This document shows, piece by piece, positions 10,199 to 19,242 of a stretch of DNA of 30,214 nt (positions within the stretch are counted from its first letter, which is position 1; each line of letters starts with the position of its first letter). The notes beneath the pieces were generated by a model. It saw only the letters and a program-made list of their open reading frames with translations, was not told the DNA's origin and did no database searches. The translations under genes were made by a program, and so were the position numbers. The stretch covers positions 1 through 30,214 of the forward strand of contig NZ_JBCMNM010000020.1 of NCBI RefSeq assembly GCF_050459865.1, given 5' to 3'. Source of the DNA: Rummeliibacillus pycnus (GTDB taxonomy: Bacteria > Bacillota > Bacilli > Bacillales_A > Planococcaceae).

Positions 10199-10298
10199 TC
10201 TTTTACAATAAAATCAATTTCATCATTAAAAGATTTGATAAAAAACACGAACAGTATGGGTGATTGTTATATGCCATATCTATTAGAACATTGTCTAT

Positions 10299-10410
10299 GA
10301 AGCGGAAGATGGCGACTCCTGCGGGAAAGCGAGAAAGGTGAGACCCTGCAAGAAGCGAAGCGACTGAGGAGGCTCACCGCTCGCCCGCGGAAAGCGCCAT
10401 TTGGAGCGGC
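10299..10410. repeat. GC-rich palindromic dispersed repeat element (REP/MITE-like), full copy
   Basis: An island of about 110 nt with high GC content inside an AT-rich intergenic region. Nested inverted repeats would fold into a long imperfect hairpin: 'gcgggaaagcgag' (10321-10333) pairs with 'ctcgcccgc' (10380-10388), and 'ggtgagacc' (10337-10345) pairs with 'ggctcacc' (10371-10378). A partial second copy lies at 1-45. Confidence 0.6.
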
Positions 10411-10614
10411 ATACTAAGTAAATACTGAAAATGAAATATTAGCCGAATTATTGAGTTGTTTATTAGGGAAATATTCTTCGTATTTCTGAAATCGGTGCTC
10501 AAATAAGAATATAGGATTTTTTTGTTTATTTAGACAATAATTAGTCACATGGATTTTCAACTTCTTTCACAATTAGAAGGTAAAGTAATAATTAATTGAA
10601 AGGAGAGAGAAGAC

Positions 10615-11232
10615 ATGAAAAAGGAATTAGGAATAGCAATTATATTATGCGCATCATTATTAGGGGCATGTAATCTGACTGCCGAAAAAACTACTGAGCA
10701 TCATAAATCAACAGATCAAACAACTAAAGCAAGTAATACAGTAGATGAACGTTTAAAAGAACCGACAAAAGATGAGAAATGTGCATTTTGTGATATGAAG
10801 GTATTTGATGCAAAAGAAGAAATGGGTGCTTTTACTGCTCAAGCAATCAAGAAAGATGGCTCAACTATGTTCTTGGATGATATAGGCTGTATATTAAACC
10901 AAGAGCGAAAAGATAAAGTAACATATGAAAAATATGTTCGTGATTATAATTCGAAAGAGTGGTTGAAATTAGATGATGCCATTATTGTAAAAGCAGATAT
11001 TAAAACGCCGATGAACTATGGCTATGCATTTTTCAAAAATCAAAAAAGTGCAGATGCATTTATAGAAAAAAATAAAGGTGCAAAGGTTGTTAAAGTTTCT
11101 GATATTGATGAAGTAGCTCATAAGCGTTACGAAATGAAAATGAAGAAAATGCAAGATATGAAAAAAAGTGATTCTGATAAAAAGATGGATATGCATTCAG
11201 ATGATAACAATTCTGAAAGTCACAGTAAATAA
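10615..11232 (+). CDS. nosL: NosL-family lipoprotein (putative Cu(I) chaperone) with a Met/His/Asp-rich C-terminal tail
   Basis: Lipobox 'SLLGAC', the NosL-type 'CAFCDM' motif and 'DDIGCIL'. The tail reads 'MKMKKMQDMKKSDSDKKMDMHSDDNNSESHSK'. The RBS is 'aaaggagagag'. Confidence 0.7.
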   Translation: MKKELGIAIILCASLLGACNLTAEKTTEHHKSTDQTTKASNTVDERLKEPTKDEKCAFCDMKVFDAKEEMGAFTAQAIKKDGSTMFLDDIGCILNQERKDKVTYEKYVRDYNSKEWLKLDDAIIVKADIKTPMNYGYAFFKNQKSADAFIEKNKGAKVVKVSDIDEVAHKRYEMKMKKMQDMKKSDSDKKMDMHSDDNNSESHSK

Positions 11233-11245
11233 AAATACTATGGAG

Positions 11246-11271
11246 GGCTGGGGGGAACTCCAGCCTTTTTT
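11246..11271 (+). terminator. Weak intrinsic terminator/attenuator between nosL1 and nosD
   Basis: 6-bp GC stem 'ggctgg'/'ccagcc' with an 8-nt loop, followed by T6. Confidence 0.4.
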
Positions 11272-11293
11272 CGTGGAAGGGAGATAGACACAT

Positions 11294-12580
11294 TTGAAAC
11301 GATTTTGGGTACTAGTTGCTTTTTTCATCACTTCTTTTTGTCTGATCCCACAGGTTCATGCAAAAACAGCAACTTTACAACAGCTAATTGACCAAACGCC
11401 TGAGGGTGGCGTATTGCAACTGCAAGGAATTAAGTATAAAGAAAATGTCACCATTCATAAACCCATTACGATTAAAGGGTCAAAGCAAACAGTTTTACAA
11501 GGTAATACACAGGAAGCCGTAATCAAAATAGAAGATGTAAATAACGTGAAAATCGAAAATCTTATTATTCAAGATGCTCATACAGGCATTGTGGCAAAGA
11601 ATGTACAAAATTTTCAATGCAAGGATTTGACTCTATTAAATAATTGGAGTGGGGTTCAGATTTATAACTCAAAAGACGTTATATTGCAGCAACTTTCGAT
11701 TAAAGGAATTAGTGGGCATTACTCAAAAAAAGGAAATGGGATTGCTCTTTTTAATAATAAGAATGTGATCGCAAAATATAACAACATTGATCATGTACAG
11801 GATGGTATTTATATAGAAAACGGAAATGAAATCAATCTATTTTCTAATAACATTCAAAATGGTCGCTATGGAATTCATTTTATGTATATGAAAAATGTTC
11901 AGGCAAGAAACAATACATTTAGAAAAAATGTAACTGGGATTATGCTGATGATGACAGAAAATGCAGTACTTTCAACAAATAAAATCATGGAGCAAAGCGG
12001 ACTGAATGCATCTGGTATGACTTTGTTTCAAGCGAAAAATATTAAAACCGTAGAGAATACATTTCAATATAATCGTGCTGCAATTTCCGCGCAAAGTTTA
12101 ACAAATTCAACGATAGAAAAGAATACCTTTTTAATGAACCAAACAGCAGTAGAATTGCTACTTTCAAATGACAAAAATACCGTGAAAGAGAATGACTTTA
12201 TAGGTAACATTGTTAACATTCGCTCGGATGGAACGGGTAGTACAATAGCCCGTAATTATTATGATGATTATGCAGGAATTGATGTAGATGATAATGGCGT
12301 TGGAGATCGACCTTACGTTGCTCTGCAAAGTTTTGGGCAATGGATGGTAAGACAACCTGCTTATCAATATTTTATCGAATCACCAAGCGTTGTATTGTTA
12401 AACGAAATGGATCGACAAACAAATGTAATTGAAAAAAAGCAATTAGTTGACAAAACACCTATGATGCAAAGCGCGATTAACATGAAACAAGAAAGCACAG
12501 TGAGCATAGGAAAAGTCATGATAGGAATAGTTATTATGCTATCAATACTATGGTTTTGGAGAAAGGAAATACGATCATGA
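11294..12580 (+). CDS. nosD: NosD-family periplasmic/extracytoplasmic parallel beta-helix (PbH1 repeat) protein
   Basis: TTG start with the RBS 'ggaagggag'. The signal peptide ends in 'VHA'. There are many 'N.I..N..GI' beta-helix repeats, the NosD-type C-terminal motif 'YYDDYAGIDVDDNGVGDRPY' and a C-terminal TM anchor. Confidence 0.75.
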   Translation: MKRFWVLVAFFITSFCLIPQVHAKTATLQQLIDQTPEGGVLQLQGIKYKENVTIHKPITIKGSKQTVLQGNTQEAVIKIEDVNNVKIENLIIQDAHTGIVAKNVQNFQCKDLTLLNNWSGVQIYNSKDVILQQLSIKGISGHYSKKGNGIALFNNKNVIAKYNNIDHVQDGIYIENGNEINLFSNNIQNGRYGIHFMYMKNVQARNNTFRKNVTGIMLMMTENAVLSTNKIMEQSGLNASGMTLFQAKNIKTVENTFQYNRAAISAQSLTNSTIEKNTFLMNQTAVELLLSNDKNTVKENDFIGNIVNIRSDGTGSTIARNYYDDYAGIDVDDNGVGDRPYVALQSFGQWMVRQPAYQYFIESPSVVLLNEMDRQTNVIEKKQLVDKTPMMQSAINMKQESTVSIGKVMIGIVIMLSILWFWRKEIRS

Positions 12581-13032
12581 AAAAATGGTGGCTAATAAGT
12601 ATTTTCACTACATTATTATTACTACAAGCTTGTGGCAATAAAGAATATAAACCAAAAGAGATTGTAAGTGAAACGGATGTTTGCAAAGTTTGCAATATGA
12701 GTATTGTCCATAAAGAATTTGCTGGTGAAATTGCCTTTACCAACGGAGATTATGAAATGTTTGATGATCTTGGTTGTTTAATCGAATATATGAAGAATAT
12801 GAACGAAAAAGATTTAGGAAAGGCCTTCATCAAGGATCAAGACGGTAAGAAATGGCTGAATGTTCAAACAGCATCCTATGTTTATGAAAAAGATATTTGG
12901 ACACCCATGTCTTATGGAGTGATTGCTTTTCAAACGGAAAACAGTGCAAAAAACTATATAAAAAAAGAAGGTAAAGGAGAACTATTAAGTTTTGATGATT
13001 TAAAAACCTTTAAATGGGGTGTGCACCATTGA
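12577..13032 (+). CDS. nosL: Second NosL-family lipoprotein
   Basis: Lipobox 'LLLQACG', 'CKVCNM' and 'FDDLGCLI'. The ATG at 12577 overlaps the nosD stop in an ATGA overlap and has the RBS 'ggagaaagg'. The longer track start (12550) is unlikely. Confidence 0.7.
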   Translation: MKKWWLISIFTTLLLLQACGNKEYKPKEIVSETDVCKVCNMSIVHKEFAGEIAFTNGDYEMFDDLGCLIEYMKNMNEKDLGKAFIKDQDGKKWLNVQTASYVYEKDIWTPMSYGVIAFQTENSAKNYIKKEGKGELLSFDDLKTFKWGVHH

Positions 13033-13844
13033 GAAATCGCCTCTTTATCCGTTTAGAATGGAGACAAATGTTACGAAGTCGATGGATGCAATCAGTAGCA
13101 TTACTATTTGTTTTTGTTTTTGCCTCGATTTCTCTGATACAACAAATTGCTTTGCCTAATGATTTAGGATTTACTAGACAAACCGCAAGTTTTCTAAATC
13201 TACTTCTATTCCTACTACCATTATTTATCTTAACAATTGGGAGTATGGGAGTAGCAAGTGATTTAGAATCTGGTTGGTTTTCGTTATTAAAAACATATCC
13301 AATGACCGTTTTGCAGTATGTTATCGGAAAATATATAGCCTTGCTGCTATCCTTTACGCTGATTTTATTGCTTGCTTTTGGTGTGGTATTAAGTATGAGT
13401 GGAATCTCTGGAGAATTTTATCTTCCAACTATATTTGTAGGGTTATCTATTTTGATCATGCTTATTTTTTCATCCATTGCTATACTATGTGGCATTATAG
13501 CCAAGAACCGTTTACATGCTTTAGCAATATCATTGGTTGTATGGGCTTTGTCATTATTATTATTATCTTATGCATTAATGGCTGTTGGTACTGTAGTAGC
13601 TGGTCATATTTTGCAAAAATTAACGATCGTTATGATTCATATTAATCCTGCCGAATGGATTCGATATGGTTATTTTCTTTTCTCTGGTCAAACATCTGTT
13701 TTAGGACCATCATTTTATCGTTTTAATCAGTTCTATAGTTCTCCAACAGGATTGTTAGTTTATGCAATCGTAACACTAATTTGGATTGTGTTCCCGATTC
13801 TATTGGCGAAATGGTTACTAGAGAAAAGAGGGCGTCAAGTATGA
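13014..13844 (+). CDS. nosY: ABC-2 type permease (NosY-like)
   Basis: Hydrophobic protein with about six TM segments, located between nosL2 and the ATPase gene. The start is uncertain: it is either the ATG at 13014 or the TTG at 13029, which overlaps the nosL2 stop. Confidence 0.65.
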   Translation: MGCAPLRNRLFIRLEWRQMLRSRWMQSVALLFVFVFASISLIQQIALPNDLGFTRQTASFLNLLLFLLPLFILTIGSMGVASDLESGWFSLLKTYPMTVLQYVIGKYIALLLSFTLILLLAFGVVLSMSGISGEFYLPTIFVGLSILIMLIFSSIAILCGIIAKNRLHALAISLVVWALSLLLLSYALMAVGTVVAGHILQKLTIVMIHINPAEWIRYGYFLFSGQTSVLGPSFYRFNQFYSSPTGLLVYAIVTLIWIVFPILLAKWLLEKRGRQV

Positions 13845-14527
13845 TTGTTGAAGGGAAAAACCTAGTAAAGAAATATTCAAAAGAGCAAGGATTACTCGAT
13901 GTTTCGTTTACTTTATATGAGGGAAGGATCATCGCTTTAGCCGGTGGAAATGGTGCGGGGAAAAGTACGTTAATCCGCCTATTAATTGGAGAGGAAAAAC
14001 CAAATAGTGGTGCATTAAATTGGACTATTAAACCTTCCATTCGATATATGCCAGATGATGTGAATTTCCCTCCGACTTTGACAGCTCTTGAAATTTTGCA
14101 GCTACTTGCTGGACTAAAGCAAATTCCATCCGAAGAAATTGAAAAAGTGCTGAAACGAGTTGGACTATGGGAATATAGAAAACAACGTGTTCGTCAATTT
14201 TCGAAAGGAATGAGACAGCGTTTAAATTTAGCGCAAGCGTTATTAGGAGACGAACAACTGCTTATTTTAGATGAGCCTACAAATGGATTAGATATTCGTT
14301 GGATTGCTGAATTGAAGAATATATTGCAAGAACAAAAGGACATTGGGAAAACCATTCTATTTTCAACCCATCTTCTATCGTTTGCAGAAGAACTTGCAGA
14401 TGATGTCCTCCTATTACATGAAGGAAGGGTTCTAAAACAGGGGAATATTCACTCTGTTTTACAAGAATCAAAAACAATTCATTTAGAAGAACTTTTTATG
14501 CATGAAATCAGTGTAAAAAAGAAATAA
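13841..14527 (+). CDS. nosF: ABC transporter ATP-binding protein (NosF-like)
   Basis: Walker A 'GGNGAGKST', signature 'FSKGMRQR' and Walker B 'LLILDEP'. The ATG at 13841 overlaps the nosY stop in an ATGA overlap. The track's upstream extension lies inside nosY. Confidence 0.7.
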   Translation: MIVEGKNLVKKYSKEQGLLDVSFTLYEGRIIALAGGNGAGKSTLIRLLIGEEKPNSGALNWTIKPSIRYMPDDVNFPPTLTALEILQLLAGLKQIPSEEIEKVLKRVGLWEYRKQRVRQFSKGMRQRLNLAQALLGDEQLLILDEPTNGLDIRWIAELKNILQEQKDIGKTILFSTHLLSFAEELADDVLLLHEGRVLKQGNIHSVLQESKTIHLEELFMHEISVKKK

Positions 14528-14545
14528 GTGTAATATCGCCTAAAA

Positions 14546-14574
14546 ACACGACTAATTATTAAGTCGTGTTTTTT
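14546..14574 (+). terminator. Rho-independent terminator of the nos-like operon
   Basis: 8-bp stem 'acacgact'/'agtcgtgt' followed by T5. Confidence 0.7.
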
Positions 14575-14665
14575 GTAAGGGGCGAATTTAGTCATGTTAT
14601 AATAATGTTAATTGAGGAAATAAAAGAGAAAATGCATAAATGAGAAGTTTACAGGAGGACATCGA

Positions 14666-15613
14666 ATGGAGACACAGGAAAGGCTACAATCCATTATAAA
14701 AAATATAGAAAAAGTAATGATTGGAAAAAAACATATTGCTGATTTAAGTGTTGTAGCATTATTAGCAGAAGGACATGTTTTACTAGAAGATGTGCCGGGT
14801 GTAGGGAAAACAATGATGGTGCGTGCGCTTGCAAAGTCAGTAGGAGCTAATTTTAAACGTATTCAGTTTACACCAGATTTACTCCCTTCAGATGTAATAG
14901 GTGTATCCATTTATAATCCGAAAGATATGGAATTTCATTTTCGTCCAGGTCCAATTATGGGGAACATTGTATTAGCGGATGAAATTAACCGAACATCTCC
15001 AAAAACACAATCAGCTCTATTAGAGGGGATGGAAGAGGCAGCGGTAACCATTGATGGAGAAACAATGCAAATTCCAAAACCATTTTTTGTAATGGCTACT
15101 CAAAATCCGATTGAACATGAAGGGACCTATCCGCTTCCTGAAGCACAGTTAGACCGTTTTTTATTGAAATTGAAGATGGGTTATCCAAGTCTTGATGATG
15201 AAATTGAAGTATTACGTAGAGCAGAAGGAACACGCCCAATTGAGTCATTAAAATCCGTTGTTACGTTAGAAGAACTAAAGGAGTTACAGCAAGAAGTGAA
15301 AACTGTTCATGTTGATGAATTAGTTAAAGGCTATATTGTTGAGCTTGCAAGGGCGACTAGAGAACATCAATATGTTTACCTTGGCGCAAGCCCTCGTGGT
15401 TCAATAGCTTTAATGAAAGCATCGCAGGCATATGCATTATTAAAAGGTCGTCGATTTGTGACTCCAGATGATGTTCAATTTTTGGCACCATTCGTCTTTG
15501 CTCATCGCCTTATTTTAAAACCGGAAGCACGTTATGAGGGGATTACACCCGAAGAAATTATAGGACGCGTTATTATTAATACTAATGTGCCGATTAAAAG
15601 GACTTCGAATTGA
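14666..15613 (+). CDS. MoxR-family AAA+ ATPase (YeaC-like)
   Basis: Walker A 'DVPGVGKT', Walker B 'VLADEINR' and 'ATQNP.E.EGTYPLPEAQLDRF'. The RBS is 'caggagg'. Confidence 0.9.
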   Translation: METQERLQSIIKNIEKVMIGKKHIADLSVVALLAEGHVLLEDVPGVGKTMMVRALAKSVGANFKRIQFTPDLLPSDVIGVSIYNPKDMEFHFRPGPIMGNIVLADEINRTSPKTQSALLEGMEEAAVTIDGETMQIPKPFFVMATQNPIEHEGTYPLPEAQLDRFLLKLKMGYPSLDDEIEVLRRAEGTRPIESLKSVVTLEELKELQQEVKTVHVDELVKGYIVELARATREHQYVYLGASPRGSIALMKASQAYALLKGRRFVTPDDVQFLAPFVFAHRLILKPEARYEGITPEEIIGRVIINTNVPIKRTSN

Positions 15614-16830
15614 TGAAAAGATATAAGATTAGATGGCTATCACAAGCTATTACTCGTTTTGTAATGGTTATATTACTGTTAGTCATTACGCTTTGCTTTG
15701 CATTAATGCAAGGGGGATTTGTTAGCTGGTTTATCTTTTTCATGTTTTTGCCTTTTGCACTTTACTCCATCATGCTATTTTTTGTACCTTTAAAACAATT
15801 TTCGGTTGAAAGAACGATGCTTACAGGGTATTTGGAGCATGGAGATTCACTTCGGATGAAGATGGATTTGACTAGAAAATCAAGATTTCCATTACTGTAT
15901 ATGGTTATTCAAGAAAGTATGCCGAGTGAGATTTTCAATGAAGAAGCAGCAGATCAAACAAGGCATTTTTTTATGATGGGTATGAACAAGCAATTATCTT
16001 GGAACTATGAAATTCCTAATATGCCACGTGGTCATCATCAACTAGAAGGTATTGAATTAACAATCACTGATTTCTTTGGATGGGTCAAGAAAACAACATT
16101 ACTACCCGCTAAACGATCAGTGGTTGTTTATCCAAAGGTGACACACCTTATCTATACGCCACTCCGTTTAACCAAAAGTAGTGGTGCAGGGACGGCTCGT
16201 AATACCGCTGTTCGTGATACAACTATGGTATCTGGTATTCGTGAATATCAACCAGGAGATCGCATGTCTTGGATTCATTGGAAAACTTTTGCAAAGACCC
16301 AAAACTTGCAAACTAAAGAATTTGAGGATCAACAATCTCAAGAGATTTGCCTTGTTTTAGATGGGGCACCATCAGCACTATTTGAAGAACAAGTTGAGTT
16401 ATGTGCGTCGATATTATCAGCTGTTGTAAGTCAACATTTAAGTATGTCTTTTCTATTTGCAGGCGAAAAGCAATCGTATTTTGATCAAATTCAAACAGAA
16501 GAACAATTGCAGCGGGCAATGTATCAATTAGCGGGAATACAGTCTCAACCGATTGAAAAAATTGAGTATAAATATGGGCAGAATAATGTACTGTTAAATG
16601 CGACAATGATTTATTTTGTAACGAGTTCATTGACATCTGAGTGGCTTAACGTTTTGAAAAGAGTCTCTCGAAAATCACAAGGTGCTATTTGTTTTATTGT
16701 TCGAGCTCCTGCACAAAGTATTTCAGAGCATGAGCAGAAAATAGTAACGATTGCAAAGGAAAATGGTATTCTTGTATTTCCTATAACACCTCAACAATTT
16801 GCAAATACCTTTACGGAGGTGTTGAAATGA
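15613..16830 (+). CDS. DUF58-domain protein (YeaD-like), MoxR partner
   Basis: Two N-terminal TM helices and the DUF58 core 'IREYQPGDRMSWIHWKTFAK'. The ATG at 15613 abuts the moxR stop (tgATG). Confidence 0.8.
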   Translation: MKRYKIRWLSQAITRFVMVILLLVITLCFALMQGGFVSWFIFFMFLPFALYSIMLFFVPLKQFSVERTMLTGYLEHGDSLRMKMDLTRKSRFPLLYMVIQESMPSEIFNEEAADQTRHFFMMGMNKQLSWNYEIPNMPRGHHQLEGIELTITDFFGWVKKTTLLPAKRSVVVYPKVTHLIYTPLRLTKSSGAGTARNTAVRDTTMVSGIREYQPGDRMSWIHWKTFAKTQNLQTKEFEDQQSQEICLVLDGAPSALFEEQVELCASILSAVVSQHLSMSFLFAGEKQSYFDQIQTEEQLQRAMYQLAGIQSQPIEKIEYKYGQNNVLLNATMIYFVTSSLTSEWLNVLKRVSRKSQGAICFIVRAPAQSISEHEQKIVTIAKENGILVFPITPQQFANTFTEVLK

Positions 16831-19070
16831 TGGATTCAAAGGTATTGAGATGGACAGGCTTAATAGGCCTTTATCTTATTATTTTCTTGCTGTTAGTGGA
16901 ATGGCTAGTGCCAGTTGTGCAGCTTACAAATACTGGACATCTTGGCTTGTTTCTAATCTTCGTATTAATTTGTTTGGGGAGTAACATTATCAATTTAAAT
17001 GGCATAATGTCATTTATTATTAAGATTCTTTATGTAATATGGTTTTTGATGTACGTGTATATGGATACGACAGTATTTTCTATCGAAGGTTTAATGAAAA
17101 TAACTGACGAGTTTGTAAGTAGTATTCAAGCACTTATAGACGGAAATTGGGCAGGGGTAGCGGACTCGTTTCGTAGTATATTATTTTTCGTATTATTATG
17201 GATGACAATCTATTTGATCCATCACTGGCTAACGGTGAAGCATTCCGTATTATATTTCTTTTTAACAACTATTATATTTTTAAGCTTGTTAGATACTTTT
17301 ACAGAATACAATGCAAAATTTGCGATTATTCGTGTCATGGTACTTGGAATATTACTAATGGGTGTATTGTTTATCAATCGATTATTTAAAAATAGCCAAG
17401 TGAAATGGAAGCCAAAACATTATGCAATGTTGTTAATCCCGCTTATTGTCATGATTATTGGTAGTGCTGCATTTGCATATACCATGCCTAAAAAACAAGC
17501 GATGGTAAGTGTACCTAAGCATCTAGAAAACTTGATGAACTGGCAAAATGGTCAAAATGCAGGTATCGGGAAAATTGGTTATGTTGAAGATGACAGTACG
17601 CTAGGAGGGCCATTTGAAAAAGATAACCGTCCTGTATTTGAGGCAACTGCAAAAGAAAATCAATATTGGCGTGTTGAAACAAAGAATATCTATACAGGCA
17701 AAGGATGGGAACGCAAAGCAGGCGACATCTATGTTCATACCTTTGACTATGGTGAAGAGATTCCAATGACCATGAAACCTGGTAAAAAGAAGAATATAGA
17801 TGAAGCTACCATTACTTTGAAGAAAAACTATAAATTTATACTGCAGCCATATGGACTAAAAACAATTGATCAGCCAAATGATGAGAAAACCTTCTATATT
17901 GAAATTGACGGAGAAAAAATCCGCCCAACAATAAATGAGGGAAAGGTTCTTTTACCACACTATTCAATGTCCTATTCAACACCAGAATATAGCTTGAAGG
18001 CCTTACAAAGGACAAGAAAGTCTGATTTAAAGAAACTTCCGAAAGGTTATAAACAATATTTGCAACTTCCAGATTCTTTACCGAAACGGGTAAAGGAATT
18101 ATCTGTTGAAATAACGAAAGATGAGAAAAACTTATACGATAAAGCTAATGCAATCGTTTCATATTTTCAATACAACGGTTATAAGTATTCACGCACAGAT
18201 GTAGCGATTCCATCTAAAAAGCAAGACTACGTTGATCAATTCCTTTTCGATACTAAATCAGGCTATTGTGATAACTTTTCGACTTCTATGGTTGTTATGC
18301 TTCGTACATTAGGAATTCCTGCACGTTGGGTGAAGGGTTTCTCAGAAGGAAATGAGGTTCCGTCTAAGGATCCTACACGTCATTTTGTTGTAACCAACAA
18401 TAATGCGCATTCTTGGGTAGAAGCATATTTTCCTGGAATAGGTTGGATGGCTTTTGAACCTACAATTGGTTTTAATGGATTCGATAATGTATTAAATGAT
18501 GTAAAAGACAATCAAAATGAAGGTACGATCAATCCTAAACAAAAGGAAAATGATAAAGCAAGAGCAGAAAAGAAAAAGAAAAAGAAAGCAGAACAAAAGA
18601 AGAAGGAAAAACAAGAAAAAGAAAAAGCGAAAAAAGAAGAAAAGAAAAAACAAAAACAGGAAAAACAGAAAAAGCAAAATCAGAATCAAGCAACGAATCA
18701 TCAAGTGAATAAAGTGATGGTTATATCAGTCTTCATACTTATTATGTTGGCTATTCTATTCTATTTGACTCGTAGAAAGTGGATGCCGAAATGGTTATTG
18801 ATGAAATATCGCTTAAAGGGAAATCACCTTCAAATCGATAAACGATATGCAGATTTATTGAAACAACTTTCATTAATTGGATTAACAAAAGCACAAGGTC
18901 AAACTTTAGGAGATTTTGCAAAACAAATAGATAGTAAGTTCGGAACAAATCATATGAGTATTTTGACACAAGCCTACGAGGAAAGTCTTTATAGTAAAGA
19001 AGCACCAACAAGTAGTAAAGAAAAAATAATAGAATGTTGGAAATATTTAATCAATCGAACAACCGGTTGA
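16827..19070 (+). CDS. Transglutaminase-like domain membrane protein (YebA-like)
   Basis: ATGA overlap with the DUF58 gene. The protein has a multi-TM N-terminus and the transglutaminase-core Cys 'GYCDNFSTSMVVMLRTLGIPARWVKGF...NAHSWVEAY'. A K/E-rich linker is followed by a C-terminal TM. Confidence 0.8.
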   Translation: MMDSKVLRWTGLIGLYLIIFLLLVEWLVPVVQLTNTGHLGLFLIFVLICLGSNIINLNGIMSFIIKILYVIWFLMYVYMDTTVFSIEGLMKITDEFVSSIQALIDGNWAGVADSFRSILFFVLLWMTIYLIHHWLTVKHSVLYFFLTTIIFLSLLDTFTEYNAKFAIIRVMVLGILLMGVLFINRLFKNSQVKWKPKHYAMLLIPLIVMIIGSAAFAYTMPKKQAMVSVPKHLENLMNWQNGQNAGIGKIGYVEDDSTLGGPFEKDNRPVFEATAKENQYWRVETKNIYTGKGWERKAGDIYVHTFDYGEEIPMTMKPGKKKNIDEATITLKKNYKFILQPYGLKTIDQPNDEKTFYIEIDGEKIRPTINEGKVLLPHYSMSYSTPEYSLKALQRTRKSDLKKLPKGYKQYLQLPDSLPKRVKELSVEITKDEKNLYDKANAIVSYFQYNGYKYSRTDVAIPSKKQDYVDQFLFDTKSGYCDNFSTSMVVMLRTLGIPARWVKGFSEGNEVPSKDPTRHFVVTNNNAHSWVEAYFPGIGWMAFEPTIGFNGFDNVLNDVKDNQNEGTINPKQKENDKARAEKKKKKKAEQKKKEKQEKEKAKKEEKKKQKQEKQKKQNQNQATNHQVNKVMVISVFILIMLAILFYLTRRKWMPKWLLMKYRLKGNHLQIDKRYADLLKQLSLIGLTKAQGQTLGDFAKQIDSKFGTNHMSILTQAYEESLYSKEAPTSSKEKIIECWKYLINRTTG
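18535..18690 (+). repeat. Low-complexity purine-rich (AAG/AAA/GAA) tract encoding a poly-Lys/Glu/Gln linker inside the yebA-like gene
   Basis: Translates to 'KQKENDKARAEKKKKKKAEQKKKEKQEKEKAKKEEKKKQKQEKQKKQNQNQ'. It generates spurious ORFs in other frames. Confidence 0.8.
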
Positions 19071-19095
19071 TTTTGGTTCTTATAAACTGTAATAT
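19067..19095 (+). promoter_or_regulatory. Putative sigmaA promoter of the guaA leader
   Basis: -35 'ttgatt' (19067-19072), a 17-nt spacer and -10 'taatat' (19090-19095), about 30 nt upstream of the riboswitch. Confidence 0.45.
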
Positions 19096-19123
19096 TAAGA
19101 AAAATTATAAATAATTGATTTAC

Positions 19124-19193
19124 CCTCGTATATGTTCGAAAATATGGTTCGAATGTTTCTACCAAGCTACCGTAAATAGTTTGACTATGAAGG
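19124..19193 (+). promoter_or_regulatory. Purine riboswitch aptamer, guanine class, in the guaA leader
   Basis: The sequence 'ctcgtataT GTTCGAA aatatgg TTCGAAT gtttctacc AAGCTA ccgtaaat AGTTTG aCtatgaagg' shows conserved J1/2, L2 'atatgg', J2/3 'gtttctac', L3 'ccgtaaat' and P1-P3 pairing. The specificity position before the 3' strand of P1 is C ('gaC-tatg'), which indicates guanine/hypoxanthine. Confidence 0.85.
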
Positions 19194-19235
19194 CAAATAT
19201 AGCTATGTTTTAGACATAGTTTATTTGCCTTTTGG
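19191..19235 (+). terminator. Riboswitch expression-platform terminator
   Basis: Stem 'aggcaaata'/'tatttgcct' with inner pairing 'ctatgt'/'acatag', followed by 'tttt'. The 5' arm abuts and overlaps the 3' strand of P1. Confidence 0.7.
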
Positions 19236-19242
19236 AGAAACT

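Noticed and set aside
10969-11293. Minus-strand ORFs 10969-11196 and 11090-11293, opposite nosL1.
   Set aside because: They are antisense to a CDS with clear lipobox and NosL motifs, their composition is His/Phe/Ile-rich and they have no RBS.
12534-12743. ORF 12534-12743 (-), and the long N-terminal extensions offered by the ORF track for several genes: alkA (6515), pncB (7754), nosL2 (12550), nosF (13781) and the NDT-like gene (25829).
   Set aside because: Internal starts with proper RBS spacing, or with stop/start overlaps to the upstream gene, fit operon structure much better. The extensions overlap neighbouring genes or lack an RBS.
18492-18708. ORFs 18492-18704 (-) and 18517-18708 (+), which encode poly-Phe/Leu or poly-Lys/Arg peptides.
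   Set aside because: They are alternative-frame readings of the purine-rich K/E linker tract of the yebA-like gene and are not genes.
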